From assembly GCA_003009755.1 (NCBI GenBank), contig PXUB01000019.1, positions 22,986-74,661 on the forward strand: a DNA stretch of 51,676 bases, given 5' to 3'. The notes beneath the pieces are model-generated. The model did not search any database. It had not been told where the DNA came from and was given only the letters and a program-made list of their open reading frames with translations. The DNA is from Thermoplasmatales archaeon SW_10_69_26 (GTDB lineage Archaea; Thermoplasmatota; SW-10-69-26). Positions 1 through 10,315 of the stretch are shown here, piece by piece. A program made the translations under genes and the position numbers. Numbering within the stretch: the stretch's first letter is position 1; each line of letters begins with the position of its first letter.

Positions 1-2
1 TG

Positions 3-1376
3 GGGTTCCTGCTTGATCAAGCCGGCAACGACACCTACAACGCCGGCAGCGGTGGCACGAACGGCGGCGGCGACGGGGGCGTGGGGTTCCTGCTCGATCA
101 AGCCGGCAACGACACCTACACCGCCGGCAGCTCTAGCACGAACGGCGGCGGCTACCGCGGCGTTGGGTTGTTGCTCGACGCGGCTGGCACGGACCAATAC
201 GAGGATCCCGAGGTCCCCGGCGGCTCGTGCCAGGACTGCTCCCTCGTGCCCAAGGGCACCCTCGGCGCGCAGGTGGACAGCGACGACCTGCCCGACCCAT
301 CTGCCGCGGATTGCGTCCCCCACCCGCCGATTCGGATCACCGAGAACCAGGGCCTCAACGGGTTCATCCTCGGCCTCGAACCGGCCACCGGCGAACCCAT
401 CTATCGACCCGGCAGCGGCGTCACGGCTGGCGAGGGCACCCAGGAGGACCCGTACGTGATCGAAGGATGGTGCATCGCGGCCGGCTCCTCGGGAATTGGT
501 ATCAGTGGAACGAGCGCGCACGTTGTCATCCAAGACAACGTCATCACAGGACACGATCTCGGGGTGGAGCTGGATGGAGCCGAGAACGTAACCATCCACA
601 ACAACGCCATCACCGACAACGGCGACGGCGTGGTCCTGTCGGGGTCCAGCGACTACGTGGTGGAGAACAACGCCATCACCGACAACAGCTACGGCGTGCG
701 CCTGTCCGAGTCCAGCGACAACGCGGTGCAAGACAATACCATCACCGACAACGGCGACGACGGCGTGCGCCTGTCCGACTCCAGCGACAACGCGGTGCAG
801 GACAACACCATCACCAACAACGGCTTGGACGGCTTGGTCCTGTCCGACTCCGGCGACAACGCGGTGCAGGACAACACCATCACCCACAACGGCTTGGACG
901 GCTTGGTCCTGTCGGGGTCCAGCGACAACGCGGTGCGGCACAACACCATCACCAACAACGACGACGGCGTGCGCCTGTCCGACTCCAGCGACAGCAACGT
1001 GGTGGAGAACAACACCCTCACCGACAACGGCGACGGCGTGCGCCTGTCCGAGTCCAGCGACAACGCGGTGCAGGACAACACCATCGCCGACAACTACGAC
1101 GACGGCGTGGACATGTTCGGCTCCGGCGACAACGCGGTACGGGACAACACCATCACCAACAACGAGGACACCGGCCTCTACGCCGTGAACCTCGACGAGC
1201 CCGTGGACGCCACCGACAACTGGTGGGGCCACGAGACCGGGCCCAGCGGCGGCGAAGAGGACTGCACGACCGGCGAAACCGCCGACGGGCAAGGCGACAC
1301 GATCACGACAAGCAACGCCGAGGTGTGCTTTGCCCCGTGGCGAACCAGCCCGAACCCCGACGCGGGCGCAGGCTAA
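3..1376 (+). CDS. Secreted/surface protein with right-handed parallel beta-helix (NosD-like) repeats; 5'-truncated by window edge
   Basis: Frame is open from base 3 (GFLLDQAGNDTY repeats) to TAA at 1376; many ~22-23 aa repeats of the form GVRLSDSSDNAVQDNTITDN; ends in an archaeal surface-protein-like DATDNWWG motif. Confidence 0.8.
   Translation, partial: GFLLDQAGNDTYNAGSGGTNGGGDGGVGFLLDQAGNDTYTAGSSSTNGGGYRGVGLLLDAAGTDQYEDPEVPGGSCQDCSLVPKGTLGAQVDSDDLPDPSAADCVPHPPIRITENQGLNGFILGLEPATGEPIYRPGSGVTAGEGTQEDPYVIEGWCIAAGSSGIGISGTSAHVVIQDNVITGHDLGVELDGAENVTIHNNAITDNGDGVVLSGSSDYVVENNAITDNSYGVRLSESSDNAVQDNTITDNGDDGVRLSDSSDNAVQDNTITNNGLDGLVLSDSGDNAVQDNTITHNGLDGLVLSGSSDNAVRHNTITNNDDGVRLSDSSDSNVVENNTLTDNGDGVRLSESSDNAVQDNTIADNYDDGVDMFGSGDNAVRDNTITNNEDTGLYAVNLDEPVDATDNWWGHETGPSGGEEDCTTGETADGQGDTITTSNAEVCFAPWRTSPNPDAGAG
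591..1164 (+). repeat. Intragenic tandem repeats (~66-69 bp) encoding beta-helix turns
   Basis: Recurrent units such as ccagcgacaacgcggtgcaggacaacaccatcacc, near-identical at DNA level. Confidence 0.8.
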
Positions 1377-1619
1377 CCCGACCCGGGCCGGCAACGAACA
1401 CGGCTCCCGTCTGCGTCCGGCGCAGCCGATGGGCTCGGGTGCTCCCCGAGGCCAACGGTCGGGCAGCTGAATCCGCCCCCAGGCCGCGGGCGCACCCGTA
1501 CCCGCACGTGCCACGTTCTGGATCGCGCGGTGACCGGCTTCGATCACCGCCCCCTGGAGCACCGGGAACAGTCCAGTCGAAGGTTCGAACCACGAACGAC
1601 GACCCCCATCGTTTGCTCC

Positions 1620-1872
1620 CGGCCATATGCGCTCGCCGCGAGGGTGCACCTGGACGTGTTCACGCCGTTCCGGAACGGGTGGGTGAACGAGGTGGGCTCG
1701 GTCCCGCTCCGCGTCGACAGCCACTACGCTCCCGACCGCAGCATCGAGGGGGACAGCGCACAGGTCAGCGTGCGGGCGAAGGCCAAGGGGTTGCACGTGC
1801 CCGGGCCGGGGCTGGGGCTGGCGGGGCTGGCGCTCCTCGCGACGGCGGCCGCCGTGCATCGACGCGCCCGAC
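1620..1872 (+). pseudogene. Possible orphan C-terminal fragment of a surface protein with a PGF-CTERM-like sorting tail
   Basis: Reads ...HVPGPGLGLAGLALLATAAAVHRRAR (Pro-Gly motif, TM helix, basic tail) with no convincing start or stop; runs into the convergent kinase gene. Confidence 0.3.
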
Positions 1873-1937
1873 CGCGGGGTCGGGCGGGCTCGATGGGGTC
1901 CACCCGAGCGGCGATCGTCGCCTGGATCGCCCAGCGC

Positions 1938-2954
1938 TCAGGCGGCGCCGGGATCCCCGGATGCGTCGCCGGCCGTGGGCGATGCAGGCAACGCGATCGT
2001 GAACGTGGCCCCGCCGCCGGGCGTCTCCTCGTAGCCGAGCTGGCCGTCGGCCTCCGCGACGATGCGCCGGGTGATCGCCAGGCCCAGCCCCGTGCCGGAG
2101 GCCTCGGCTCGGGCCGGCGAGAAGCGGTCGAACAGTTCCCCGCGTCGGTCGGCGGGCAGGCCGGGGCCGTGGTCGACGACGGCCACGCGAACGGGGTCCC
2201 CGTCACGGAGTCGGACCGTGACGGTTCCCCCGCTGGGGCTGAACTTGATGGCGTTGTCGACGAGGTTCTCGAGGGCGCGGTCGACGAGGGGCGAGGTTCG
2301 CACGGACAGCGTTTCCGGGGCCTCGACATCGGCCTCGACATCGACGTCGACCCCATGGTGCGCGCGGTGGGCCGCGAGGCCGTCCACGACCCGGCGGGCG
2401 GTGGCGACGAGGTCGACGGCCTCGGCTTCGCGGTCTTCGCCGTCGAGCCGGGAGTACAACAGGGTCGTGTCGATCAGCTCGTCGGCCTGATCGAGCGCGG
2501 TCTCGGCGCTCGTCACGTGGTCGGCTTGGCCCTCCTCGTGCTCGTGCAGCTGGAGGTGGCCGCGGGCCACGGTCAGGTGGTTGCGGACGTCGTGGGAGAG
2601 GACGTCGAGCATGAGCTCTTGCGTGGCCAGCGAGTTCCGCAGACGCTCGCTGGCCTGCGAGAGCTGACGTGATTGGTGGGCGAAGAGGCCCGAGGTCCAC
2701 GCGAAGACGCCGCCGGCGAGCGCTAGCACGAAGGCCAGCTCGGGGATCTCCACCCACAGCGGATGGTGCTGACGGACGCCGGCCTCCCGTAGGACCCGCC
2801 AGACGATCATGAGCAGGCCGCCCAGCGCCAGTAGGAGGGCGACCGAGAACCGCAGCGAGCCTTTCCGGAGATAGGCGGCTGACGATCCCATCAGTCCCAG
2901 GCCGCCGACGACGTACAGGCCGGTTTCCACGAGGCTGAGCACGGCCGGGTTCAT
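1938..2954 (-). CDS. Membrane-bound sensor histidine kinase
   Basis: 3 N-terminal TM helices, H-box LSHDVRNHL, N-box ENLVDNAIKFS, G1 DHGPG, G2 GTGLGL. Confidence 0.93.
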   Translation of the reverse strand: MNPAVLSLVETGLYVVGGLGLMGSSAAYLRKGSLRFSVALLLALGGLLMIVWRVLREAGVRQHHPLWVEIPELAFVLALAGGVFAWTSGLFAHQSRQLSQASERLRNSLATQELMLDVLSHDVRNHLTVARGHLQLHEHEEGQADHVTSAETALDQADELIDTTLLYSRLDGEDREAEAVDLVATARRVVDGLAAHRAHHGVDVDVEADVEAPETLSVRTSPLVDRALENLVDNAIKFSPSGGTVTVRLRDGDPVRVAVVDHGPGLPADRRGELFDRFSPARAEASGTGLGLAITRRIVAEADGQLGYEETPGGGATFTIALPASPTAGDASGDPGAA

Positions 2955-3274
2955 CCTTGGGCCTCCTCGAGGGGGGTCTCCGCGTCCGGCATGCCGCGGG
3001 CGATGCCCCAGACGCTCAGGGGGAACAAGAGCGCGGCGACGCCGCCGACGGTCAGTTGGATCAGGCGGGCGCCGGATCCGAGGAGATCGGTGAGGTTCAT
3101 GGTCAACCGGCCGGCGAACAACAGGAAGGCCAGGCTCAGCCCCAGCCAGCCCAGCCGGGAGCCGAGCAGCCGCGAGTCGGCCTCGATGAAAAGCAGGAAG
3201 ACGATCAGGGCCGCGACGACGCTGGTGGAGATGCAGGCAACGACGAGACCGTGGACGAGTTGCGTCAGCGCCAT
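2951..3274 (-). CDS. Small 3-TM membrane protein coupled to the histidine kinase
   Basis: Hydrophobic 107-aa ORF; ATGA overlap with the kinase start. Confidence 0.7.
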   Translation of the reverse strand: MALTQLVHGLVVACISTSVVAALIVFLLFIEADSRLLGSRLGWLGLSLAFLLFAGRLTMNLTDLLGSGARLIQLTVGGVAALLFPLSVWGIARGMPDAETPLEEAQG

Positions 3275-3344
3275 CCGCCGGGCGTTCCTCGGGAAGGTGT
3301 TGATGAGGCTTTGGAAGTTGGAGGGTTGGCCTCGTCCTGCGCGT

Positions 3345-4085
3345 TCACCCCATGTACAACCCGCCGTTGACGTGGATCGTCTCCCCGGTCACATAGCTGG
3401 CTTGCTCGCTGGCGAGGAATCCGATCACGTCGGCGATCTCCTCGGGTTGACCCACGCGCCCCATCGGGATCGCCTCGCGGCGCTGTTGGCGTTTCTCCTC
3501 GGTATCGGAGGCGATCATGTCGGTCTCGATCGCGCCGGGACAGATCGCGTTCACCGTGACCCCGTGGGGACCCAGCTCGCGGGCCAGCGACTTCGTGAAC
3601 CCGAGCACGGCGGCCTTCGAGGAGCTGTAGTGGGTGCCGTGCTTGCTGCCGCGGACGCCCAGGATCGAGGAGAGGTTGACGATGCGGGCCGGCTGCTGGT
3701 CGACGAGGTGGTCGACGAGCGGCTTGGTGACGTTGAACGCGCCTTGCGCGTTGACCTCGACCACGCGTTCGTAGTCCTCGGGCTCGACCTCGTCGATCGT
3801 GGACCGGGGGTACATGCCGGCGTTGTTGACGAGCGTGTCGAGGTGCCCGAAGGCCTCCAGCGCGGCCTCGACCAGCTGGCGGGCCTGGTCGGGGTCGGCG
3901 ATGTCGGCCTGGTACAGCAGGGCTCGGCCGCCGGCGTCCTCGACGGCCTCGACGGTGGACCGGGCTCGGTCCTCGGCTTCGTGGTAGTGGACGACGACGT
4001 CGAACCCGTCCTCGGCCAGGCGGCGGGCGCTGGCGGCTCCGATGCCTCGGCTCGATCCCGTGACGAGGGCGGCGCGCGAACGCAT
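3345..4085 (-). CDS. fabG: SDR oxidoreductase, 3-oxoacyl-ACP reductase (FabG)-like
   Basis: MRSRAALVTGSSRGIG (Rossmann TGxxxGIG), NNAG, catalytic YSSSK, VNAICPG, GETIHVNGG; the real start is the ATG at 4085 inside the long 3345-7592 shadow ORF. Confidence 0.88.
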   Translation of the reverse strand: MRSRAALVTGSSRGIGAASARRLAEDGFDVVVHYHEAEDRARSTVEAVEDAGGRALLYQADIADPDQARQLVEAALEAFGHLDTLVNNAGMYPRSTIDEVEPEDYERVVEVNAQGAFNVTKPLVDHLVDQQPARIVNLSSILGVRGSKHGTHYSSSKAAVLGFTKSLARELGPHGVTVNAICPGAIETDMIASDTEEKRQQRREAIPMGRVGQPEEIADVIGFLASEQASYVTGETIHVNGGLYMG

Positions 4086-4208
4086 CGGGTCGACCAGTCC
4101 GCGGCGAGGCAAAAACGCCTTCGCTCGGGGGCGGCGCCGCGCCCGCGTGTGAAGGGACGAAGGCACGTCCCTTTTCAACGGTGAGCGAGGGAGGACGGTC
4201 AGGCGCCT

Positions 4209-7200
4209 ATGCCCTGGACGGAAGACGAGATCCGCGTCCTCCACATCGAGGACGATCCGAACTTCGCCGATCTGACGCAGGACTTCCTCGAGCGGGTGGC
4301 AGAGGACATCTCCGTGGTTTCCGTTCACCGGGGCCAGGATGGCTTCGAGGCGCTCGACGACAGCGTCGATTGCGTCGTCTGCGATTACGATCTGCCCGGC
4401 CTCACCGGGATCGAGGTGCTGGAGACGATCCGCGAGGCCCGGCCCGATCTGCCGTTCATCCTGTTCACGGGCAAGGGCAGCGAGGAGGTGGCCAGCGACG
4501 CGATCTCCTCGGGTGTGACCGACTACCTGCGCAAGGGGGGAGGCTCGGACCAGTTCGAGGTGCTCGAGAACCGGATCCGGAACGCCGTCGAGGCCCGACG
4601 GGCCGAGAAGGAGCTGGGCCATCGCAAGCAGGCGTTGGCTCGCGAGCGGTCGTTCATCGACCAGGCGCTCGACACGCTCGAGGACGTCTTCTACGTGGTG
4701 AACGAGGACGGCTCCCTCCGCCGGTGGAACGATCGCCTCCTCGAGGTGACCGGCTACACGGACGAGGAGATCGCCGACATGCACGTCGGCGACTTCTTCC
4801 CCGACGAGCACCGCAAGCGCGCGATGGCGGCCGTCGAGGAGGTCTTCGAGGTGGGCGAAGCCAGCCTCGAGGCGCCGTTGTTGACGAAGGACGGCGAGCA
4901 GATCCCGCACGAGTTCTCCGGAGCCTTGTTCGTGGGTCCCGAGGAGGAGGCCAAGGGGCTGGTCGGCGTCGGTCGCGACATCACCGAGCGCAAGCGTCGC
5001 GAGGAGGAGCTGGCGTCGTTCCAGCGCGCCGTCGAGCAGGCCGCCGACGGGATCGCTCTCCTCGAGAACGGCGAGTACATCTACGTGGACAAGACCCACG
5101 TCGAGATGTACGGCTTCGACGAGAAGGAGGACCTGCTGGGCGACACGTGGCGGCAGCTGTACGACGAGGAGGAGATCCGACGCCTCGAGGAGGAGGTGTT
5201 CCCGGTGCTGGCCGAGGAGGGCCGCTGGCGGGGCGACGTCGAGGGCACCCGGCCCGACGGGTCGACGTTCCCGGCCGAGCTCCAGTTGACGATCGTCGAC
5301 GACGGTCGGCTGGTGTGCGCCTGCCGGGACATGACCGAGCGTAAGGAGCAGGAGCGGCGCCTGCAGCGCCGGACGCGCCGGCTGGAGACCCTGATCAGCA
5401 ACCTGCCAGGCGTCGTGTACCGGTGCCGCAACGAGCGCGAGTGGCCGATGGTGCACGTCGGTGGCGAGTGCGAGGAGCTGACCGGCTACGAGGCCGAGGC
5501 CTTCGTCGACGGGGGGAAGCCGTGGAGCGCGATCATCCACGAAGAGGACCGCGAGCGGGTGTGGGAGGAGGTCCAGGCCAGCCTGGAGGCCGGCGAGCCC
5601 TTCGAGATCGAGTACCGCATCGTGACCGCCTCGGGAGAGACGCGCTGGGTCTGGGAGCGAGGCCGCGGCCTCGAGGACGAGGGCGGGTCCGTGGTAGCGC
5701 TGGAGGGGTTCGTGACCGACGTCACCGAGCGCAGGCGCGACAAGCGCCGGATCCAGCGACAGTCCCGTCGCTTCCAGGCCACGCTCGAGGATCCCAACAT
5801 CCTGGCTGGGCGCCTCGACGAGCGCGGCCACCTCAGGGAGGTCAACCAGAAGGCGCTCGAGTACATCGAGGCCGACCGCCACGAGGTCGTCGGTGAACCG
5901 ATCTGGGAGACCCCTTGGTGGGACGACGAAGAGACCCGTCGGGAGGTCGAGGCGCTGATCGCCAGTGCTGCCGAGGGCAACTTCGAGGAGTACGAGGCGT
6001 CCTCGACGAAGCCGAACGGCGAGACCTACCACGTGGAAGGCTTCGTGCGACCGGTCGAGAACGACGATGGCGAGGTCGTCTCGATCGTGATCTCGGCGCG
6101 CGACGTCACCGGGCGCAAGCAGCGAGCTCGGGCCCTGGAGGAGACCCAGCGGCGGTTGAAGCAGATCACCGCCCACATCGACGCGGCGGTCTGGTTGATG
6201 GAGACGGACACCGAGGCCTCCGGTCGGCCCGAGGTCCTCTACCTGGACGGCGCCGAGGAGGTCCTGGGCGTACCATCCGAGGAGGTCGAGGACCTCTCCA
6301 GCGTCCTCGGTCCCGTGCATCCCGACGACCGCGAGCGCGTGAGGCAAGCGTTGCAGGACAACTTCCCCGCCGAGGGCGAGTTCTCGATCGAGTACCGGGT
6401 CCTGGATGACGATGGGACGGTCAGGCACTTGCGGACGAAGGGCGCAAGAGCCGCGGAGGGCGAGGACCGGGTCCGGACCGCCGGGTTCACCTACGACGTC
6501 ACCGACATGCGAGAGACGCAGGCCGAGCTGGAGGAACGGCAGGTCCAACTGACCACGCTGTTGGAGACGGCTCCGACCATCCTGTTCTCGCTCGACGAGG
6601 AGGGCCGGTTTACGATGAGCACGGGCCAGGCCCTCGAAGCGCTGGGGCTCGAGCCCGGTGACATCGTGGGCGCCCACATCGAGGACGTGTACGGCGACGA
6701 TCCCCAGATCATGTCCAGCGTGGAGCGGGCGATGGCGGGCGAGAGGGTCGAAAAGCGTCTCGAATCCGGTGGCCGCTGGTGGGAGGTCCGCTGCCGTCCC
6801 ACCTACGACGACGGGGAGGTCGACGGTGTCGTCGGTGTCGCGGTCGACGTGACGCAAAGCCACCGCCAAGCCGAGGAGCTGGCGGAGACGAACCGCCGCC
6901 TGGAGGCGGTGTTGAACAGCGTCGACGCGGGGATCTTCATCAAGGACACCGAGGGGCGCTACCGGCTGATGAACGAGTCCGCTCGGGAGAAGTTCGACGT
7001 CGACGAGAGCCCGGTGGGTCGCAGCGACGAGGAACTGCTGTCCGAGGAGCTGGCCGAGCAGTGCCGTGCCAGCGACGAGCGGGTGATGGAGGACCGCGAG
7101 CAGGTGCAGGAGGAGGAGACGTTCCCGGGCCCGGATGGCCAGACGCGGACGCTGTTGACGACGAAGACGCCGCTCATCGACGAGGAGGGGGACCTGCAGG

Positions 7201-8753
7201 GCCTTTGCGGCATCTCCACGGAGATCACGGGCCGCCGGGAACGCCAGGAGGAGCTGGAGCTGAAGACCCGCGCCATGGAGGAGGCCCCGCTCGGTATCGT
7301 GCTGACCGATACGGAGGACGAGGACAACCCGATCCTCTACACGAACGAGCATTTCCAACAGATCACCGGCTTCACCGGGGAGGAGATCCTCGGGCGCGAT
7401 TGTCGGTTCCTCCAAGGCGAGAACACCGACCCGGACAAGGTGGAACGCATCCGCGAAGCGATCGAAGCGGGGGAACCGATCACCGTCGAGCTGAAGAACT
7501 ACCGAGCGGACGGCTCCAAGTTCTGGAACCGGGTCAGCATCGCTCCGGTGCACTCCCCCGACGGTGAGGCGACGAGCTTCATCGGGTTCCAACAGGACGT
7601 CACCGACCGCCGGGAGGCCGAGGAGCAGCTCCGTCGCAGCGAGCGGTCGCTTCGGGAGCTGTACGACACCACCTCCGATGCCGACCGCGATTTCGAGGAG
7701 AAGCTCGATGCGCTGTTGGCGATCGGCAACCGGCGGCTGGATCTGCCGTTCGGTTACCTAGCCGAGATCGATGTCGACGGCGGCTTGCACCGCATCCGCG
7801 CGGCCCACGGCGACCACGAAGGGTTGCAAGAGGGCGCCACCAACCCCCTGACCGAGACCTACTGCCGCAAGACGGTGGAACGAGGGGAGCTGGTGGCGCT
7901 TGCGGACGCCGGCGAGGATTACCGCGATGACCCGGCCGAGGAACGGTTCGGGTTGGGAGCCTACGCTGGCGCGCCCGTCCACGTCGACGGCGAGCTGTGG
8001 GGCACGGTCTGCTTCGCGGCCGACGAGCCGCGGGAGACCTCCTTCTCGGACGCCGAGCGCGTGTTCATGGACCTGGTCGCCCAGTGGATCAGCCACGAGC
8101 TCGAGCGCCGGCAACGCGAGGTCGAGCTGCGGGAGAAGAACGAGCGGCTCGACCAGTTCGCTTCGATCGTCAGCCACGACCTGCGGAACCCGTTGAACGT
8201 GGCCTCGGGCAACCTGGCGTTGGCTCAAGACGTCGATGACCTGGAGAGCCCCCGGCTGGAGACCGTCGAGGAGGCCCACGATCGGATGGCCACCCTCATC
8301 GAGGAGGTGTTGACGCTGGCGCGGGAAGGGGAGGACGCCGCCGAGCTGGAGGAGACCTCGCTTTCCGGGGCCGCGCAGACCGCCTGGGGGAACGTGGAGA
8401 CGAACGGAGGCCAGCTCGCCGTGCAGGGCGACCTCACCCTGGACGCCGACGAGAGCCGCCTGGTGCAGCTGCTGGAGAACCTCCACCGCAACGCGATCGA
8501 CCACGCCGGCCCGGCCCCGACCGTCGAGGTCGGTCTCACCGAGGACGGGTTCTACGTGGAGGACGACGGGCCAGGCATCCCCGAGGCCGAGCGCTCGAAC
8601 GTGATGGAGACCGGCTACTCGACCTTGGACGGGGGCACGGGCTTCGGGCTGGGCATCGTCCACCAGATCGCGGAGGCCCACGGCTGGTCGGTCGACATCG
8701 TCGAGGGACGAGACGGCGGCGCTCGCTTCGAGTTCACCGTCGACGAGGGCTGA
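4209..8753 (+). CDS. Hybrid multi-sensor histidine kinase: receiver, multiple PAS, LOV, GAF, HisKA/HATPase
   Basis: N-terminal receiver (VLHIEDD...CDYDLP); several PAS/PAC repeats ending D(I/V)TERK-like; LOV motif GRDCRFLQG; GAF region (YCRKT...YAGAPV); H-box VSHDLRNPL; DDGPG; GTGFGL. Confidence 0.95.
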   Translation: MPWTEDEIRVLHIEDDPNFADLTQDFLERVAEDISVVSVHRGQDGFEALDDSVDCVVCDYDLPGLTGIEVLETIREARPDLPFILFTGKGSEEVASDAISSGVTDYLRKGGGSDQFEVLENRIRNAVEARRAEKELGHRKQALARERSFIDQALDTLEDVFYVVNEDGSLRRWNDRLLEVTGYTDEEIADMHVGDFFPDEHRKRAMAAVEEVFEVGEASLEAPLLTKDGEQIPHEFSGALFVGPEEEAKGLVGVGRDITERKRREEELASFQRAVEQAADGIALLENGEYIYVDKTHVEMYGFDEKEDLLGDTWRQLYDEEEIRRLEEEVFPVLAEEGRWRGDVEGTRPDGSTFPAELQLTIVDDGRLVCACRDMTERKEQERRLQRRTRRLETLISNLPGVVYRCRNEREWPMVHVGGECEELTGYEAEAFVDGGKPWSAIIHEEDRERVWEEVQASLEAGEPFEIEYRIVTASGETRWVWERGRGLEDEGGSVVALEGFVTDVTERRRDKRRIQRQSRRFQATLEDPNILAGRLDERGHLREVNQKALEYIEADRHEVVGEPIWETPWWDDEETRREVEALIASAAEGNFEEYEASSTKPNGETYHVEGFVRPVENDDGEVVSIVISARDVTGRKQRARALEETQRRLKQITAHIDAAVWLMETDTEASGRPEVLYLDGAEEVLGVPSEEVEDLSSVLGPVHPDDRERVRQALQDNFPAEGEFSIEYRVLDDDGTVRHLRTKGARAAEGEDRVRTAGFTYDVTDMRETQAELEERQVQLTTLLETAPTILFSLDEEGRFTMSTGQALEALGLEPGDIVGAHIEDVYGDDPQIMSSVERAMAGERVEKRLESGGRWWEVRCRPTYDDGEVDGVVGVAVDVTQSHRQAEELAETNRRLEAVLNSVDAGIFIKDTEGRYRLMNESAREKFDVDESPVGRSDEELLSEELAEQCRASDERVMEDREQVQEEETFPGPDGQTRTLLTTKTPLIDEEGDLQGLCGISTEITGRRERQEELELKTRAMEEAPLGIVLTDTEDEDNPILYTNEHFQQITGFTGEEILGRDCRFLQGENTDPDKVERIREAIEAGEPITVELKNYRADGSKFWNRVSIAPVHSPDGEATSFIGFQQDVTDRREAEEQLRRSERSLRELYDTTSDADRDFEEKLDALLAIGNRRLDLPFGYLAEIDVDGGLHRIRAAHGDHEGLQEGATNPLTETYCRKTVERGELVALADAGEDYRDDPAEERFGLGAYAGAPVHVDGELWGTVCFAADEPRETSFSDAERVFMDLVAQWISHELERRQREVELREKNERLDQFASIVSHDLRNPLNVASGNLALAQDVDDLESPRLETVEEAHDRMATLIEEVLTLAREGEDAAELEETSLSGAAQTAWGNVETNGGQLAVQGDLTLDADESRLVQLLENLHRNAIDHAGPAPTVEVGLTEDGFYVEDDGPGIPEAERSNVMETGYSTLDGGTGFGLGIVHQIAEAHGWSVDIVEGRDGGARFEFTVDEG

Positions 8754-8810
8754 GACCGGCTGGCCGGCGGGGCCCGTTCAGTCCGCGCTGTAAGGACAAG
8801 AAACGGGGGG

Positions 8811-8927
8811 AACCACCAAGTACGCGAAGGGACGCCAGGGCACAACGGGGAGCAGCTGCCGTGACAACGCCGCCCGGCGGCGAGTCACAGGCCCTTCGTG
8901 GCCTTGGCGATCCTTCGTGTCCTTCGC
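8811..8927. repeat. Imperfect palindromic (REP-like) element between convergent genes
   Basis: Left arm ccaagtacgcgaagggacgccagggcac versus reverse complement of the right arm gcgaaggacacgaaggatcgccaaggccac; inner hairpin gtgac..cgccg/cggcg..gtcac. Confidence 0.45.
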
Positions 8928-9207
8928 ACTTGCGGACGCTGCGACCGCCGCGAGCGGTGACCGCGATGACAGTGGGATCGAGATCGCCTCGCTTGGCCAT
9001 CGTCTCCTGGACCTCCCACCCGTTCATCCCGGGCATGTTGATATCGAGGAAGACGAGATCGGGCGGATCGGCGTCGGCCGCGTCGAGGAAGCTCTCTCCA
9101 TCCGGGTACGTTGCGACACGGTAGCCCTCCCCCTCGAGGGCTTGCCCGATCAGCGATCGGATGCCCTCTTCGTCGTCGACAACGCACACGAGGGGATCGT
9201 TGTTCAT
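8928..9207 (-). pseudogene. Stand-alone response regulator receiver, C-terminally truncated
   Basis: VVDDEEGIR...DLVFLDINMPGMNGW...AVTA, then homology is lost at the palindrome; the conserved KPF segment is missing (ORF runs on to 8734). Confidence 0.7.
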
Positions 9208-9334
9208 GGGAGATCTCCGCTGACCGCAGACAGCATCCCTTCTTCTCCCATTCCCCTCCGGATAAGCCTACCGCTAGGCCCACACCACTCCTGCCCGCGG
9301 CTCCGCTGTCCGATGGTCGTCCGGCAGAGGTCCC

Positions 9335-10221
9335 TCACCCGCGAGACCGGGTGGGGGTCGAGGCCTCGAGCGCGGGGAACACGCAGCGGAGACCGACGGC
9401 GCCGTCGGCGGTCCTGTGGACGAGCACGTCGCCGTCCTGGGCTTCGATCATCGCCTGGGCCAGCGGGACGTCGAGGCCGGGATCGCGGATGGAGGCGGGC
9501 TGGTTGAGCCGCTCCTGCAACGCGTGGCGGGGTTCGACGGGCGGACGGGCGCCGATGGAGACCGCCACGTCGTCCCCTTGCCAGCGGCACGTGACGATCG
9601 ATTGCTCGTCCTCGGCGCGCTCGACGAGGGAGTCCACGAGGACGAGCAGCGATTCGCCGAACCGCTCGTCGTCGACCTGGGTCGGGGCCGCCGCGAGATC
9701 GGTCTCGACGGTGCCGTCCATGCCGGCGCGGGACAGGTGAGCTTCCATCTTGTCCGACAGCTCCACCGGCTGAGGGTCGACGTCGAGGAAGGAGCGCGTG
9801 ATCTCGTCGCGGGACAGCTGGGCGTCGAGCAGCCTGCCTCCCTCTTGGATGGCTTCCAACAGTCGGCGGGCTTCCTCCCGCGCGAGGGGAGGTTCGTCGG
9901 GGTCGGTCTGCATCAGCTTGAGCTCGATGCGGTGCTGGACCGTCGTCAGCACCTGTCGAAGCTCCTGGTTCGCGCCTTACCTGATGGCCTCGAACGCGGC
10001 CCAGGTCACCTCGCGGAACGAGGCCATCTCGTCGAAGCAGGCTTGCTTGACGTGCGAGAGGACGCCGTCGGCGCGGTCCTCCTCCAGCGGGGACACGAGC
10101 TCGGAGAGCCGCTCCCAGGTCCCTCCCGGTCGTCGTCGGCGTCCTCCTCGAGCTCCTCGCCGTCCGGTCGGAAGTTGCGGATCTCGGGGCGCCGCGGTTG
10201 GACGCGCGGATCGCGTTTCAC
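9335..10221 (-). pseudogene. Degenerate histidine-kinase-like protein, paralogue of 10678-11475; 1-nt frameshift near 10121 and in-frame TAA at 9977-9979
   Basis: Joined frames read ...DDDREG/TWERLSELV...FEAIR*GANQELRQVLTTVQHRIEL...LDVPLAQAMIEAQDG, which aligns with ANHELRQIFTMLYTQIEL...IDLPYVRAVVERHGG. Confidence 0.65.
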
Positions 10222-10315
10222 GGGTCCCCTTCCCGGCTGCTGGGATCACCGGCGTCGGGGGCGGGGGACCCCGGCATCGTGAGGTTCCCACCTCTCCGGT
10301 CGCGACGGGGGCCGG

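Noticed and set aside
3345-7592. 1415-aa minus-strand ORF
   Set aside because: Antisense shadow of the large histidine kinase; only the last 246 aa (from ATG 4085) are a real SDR
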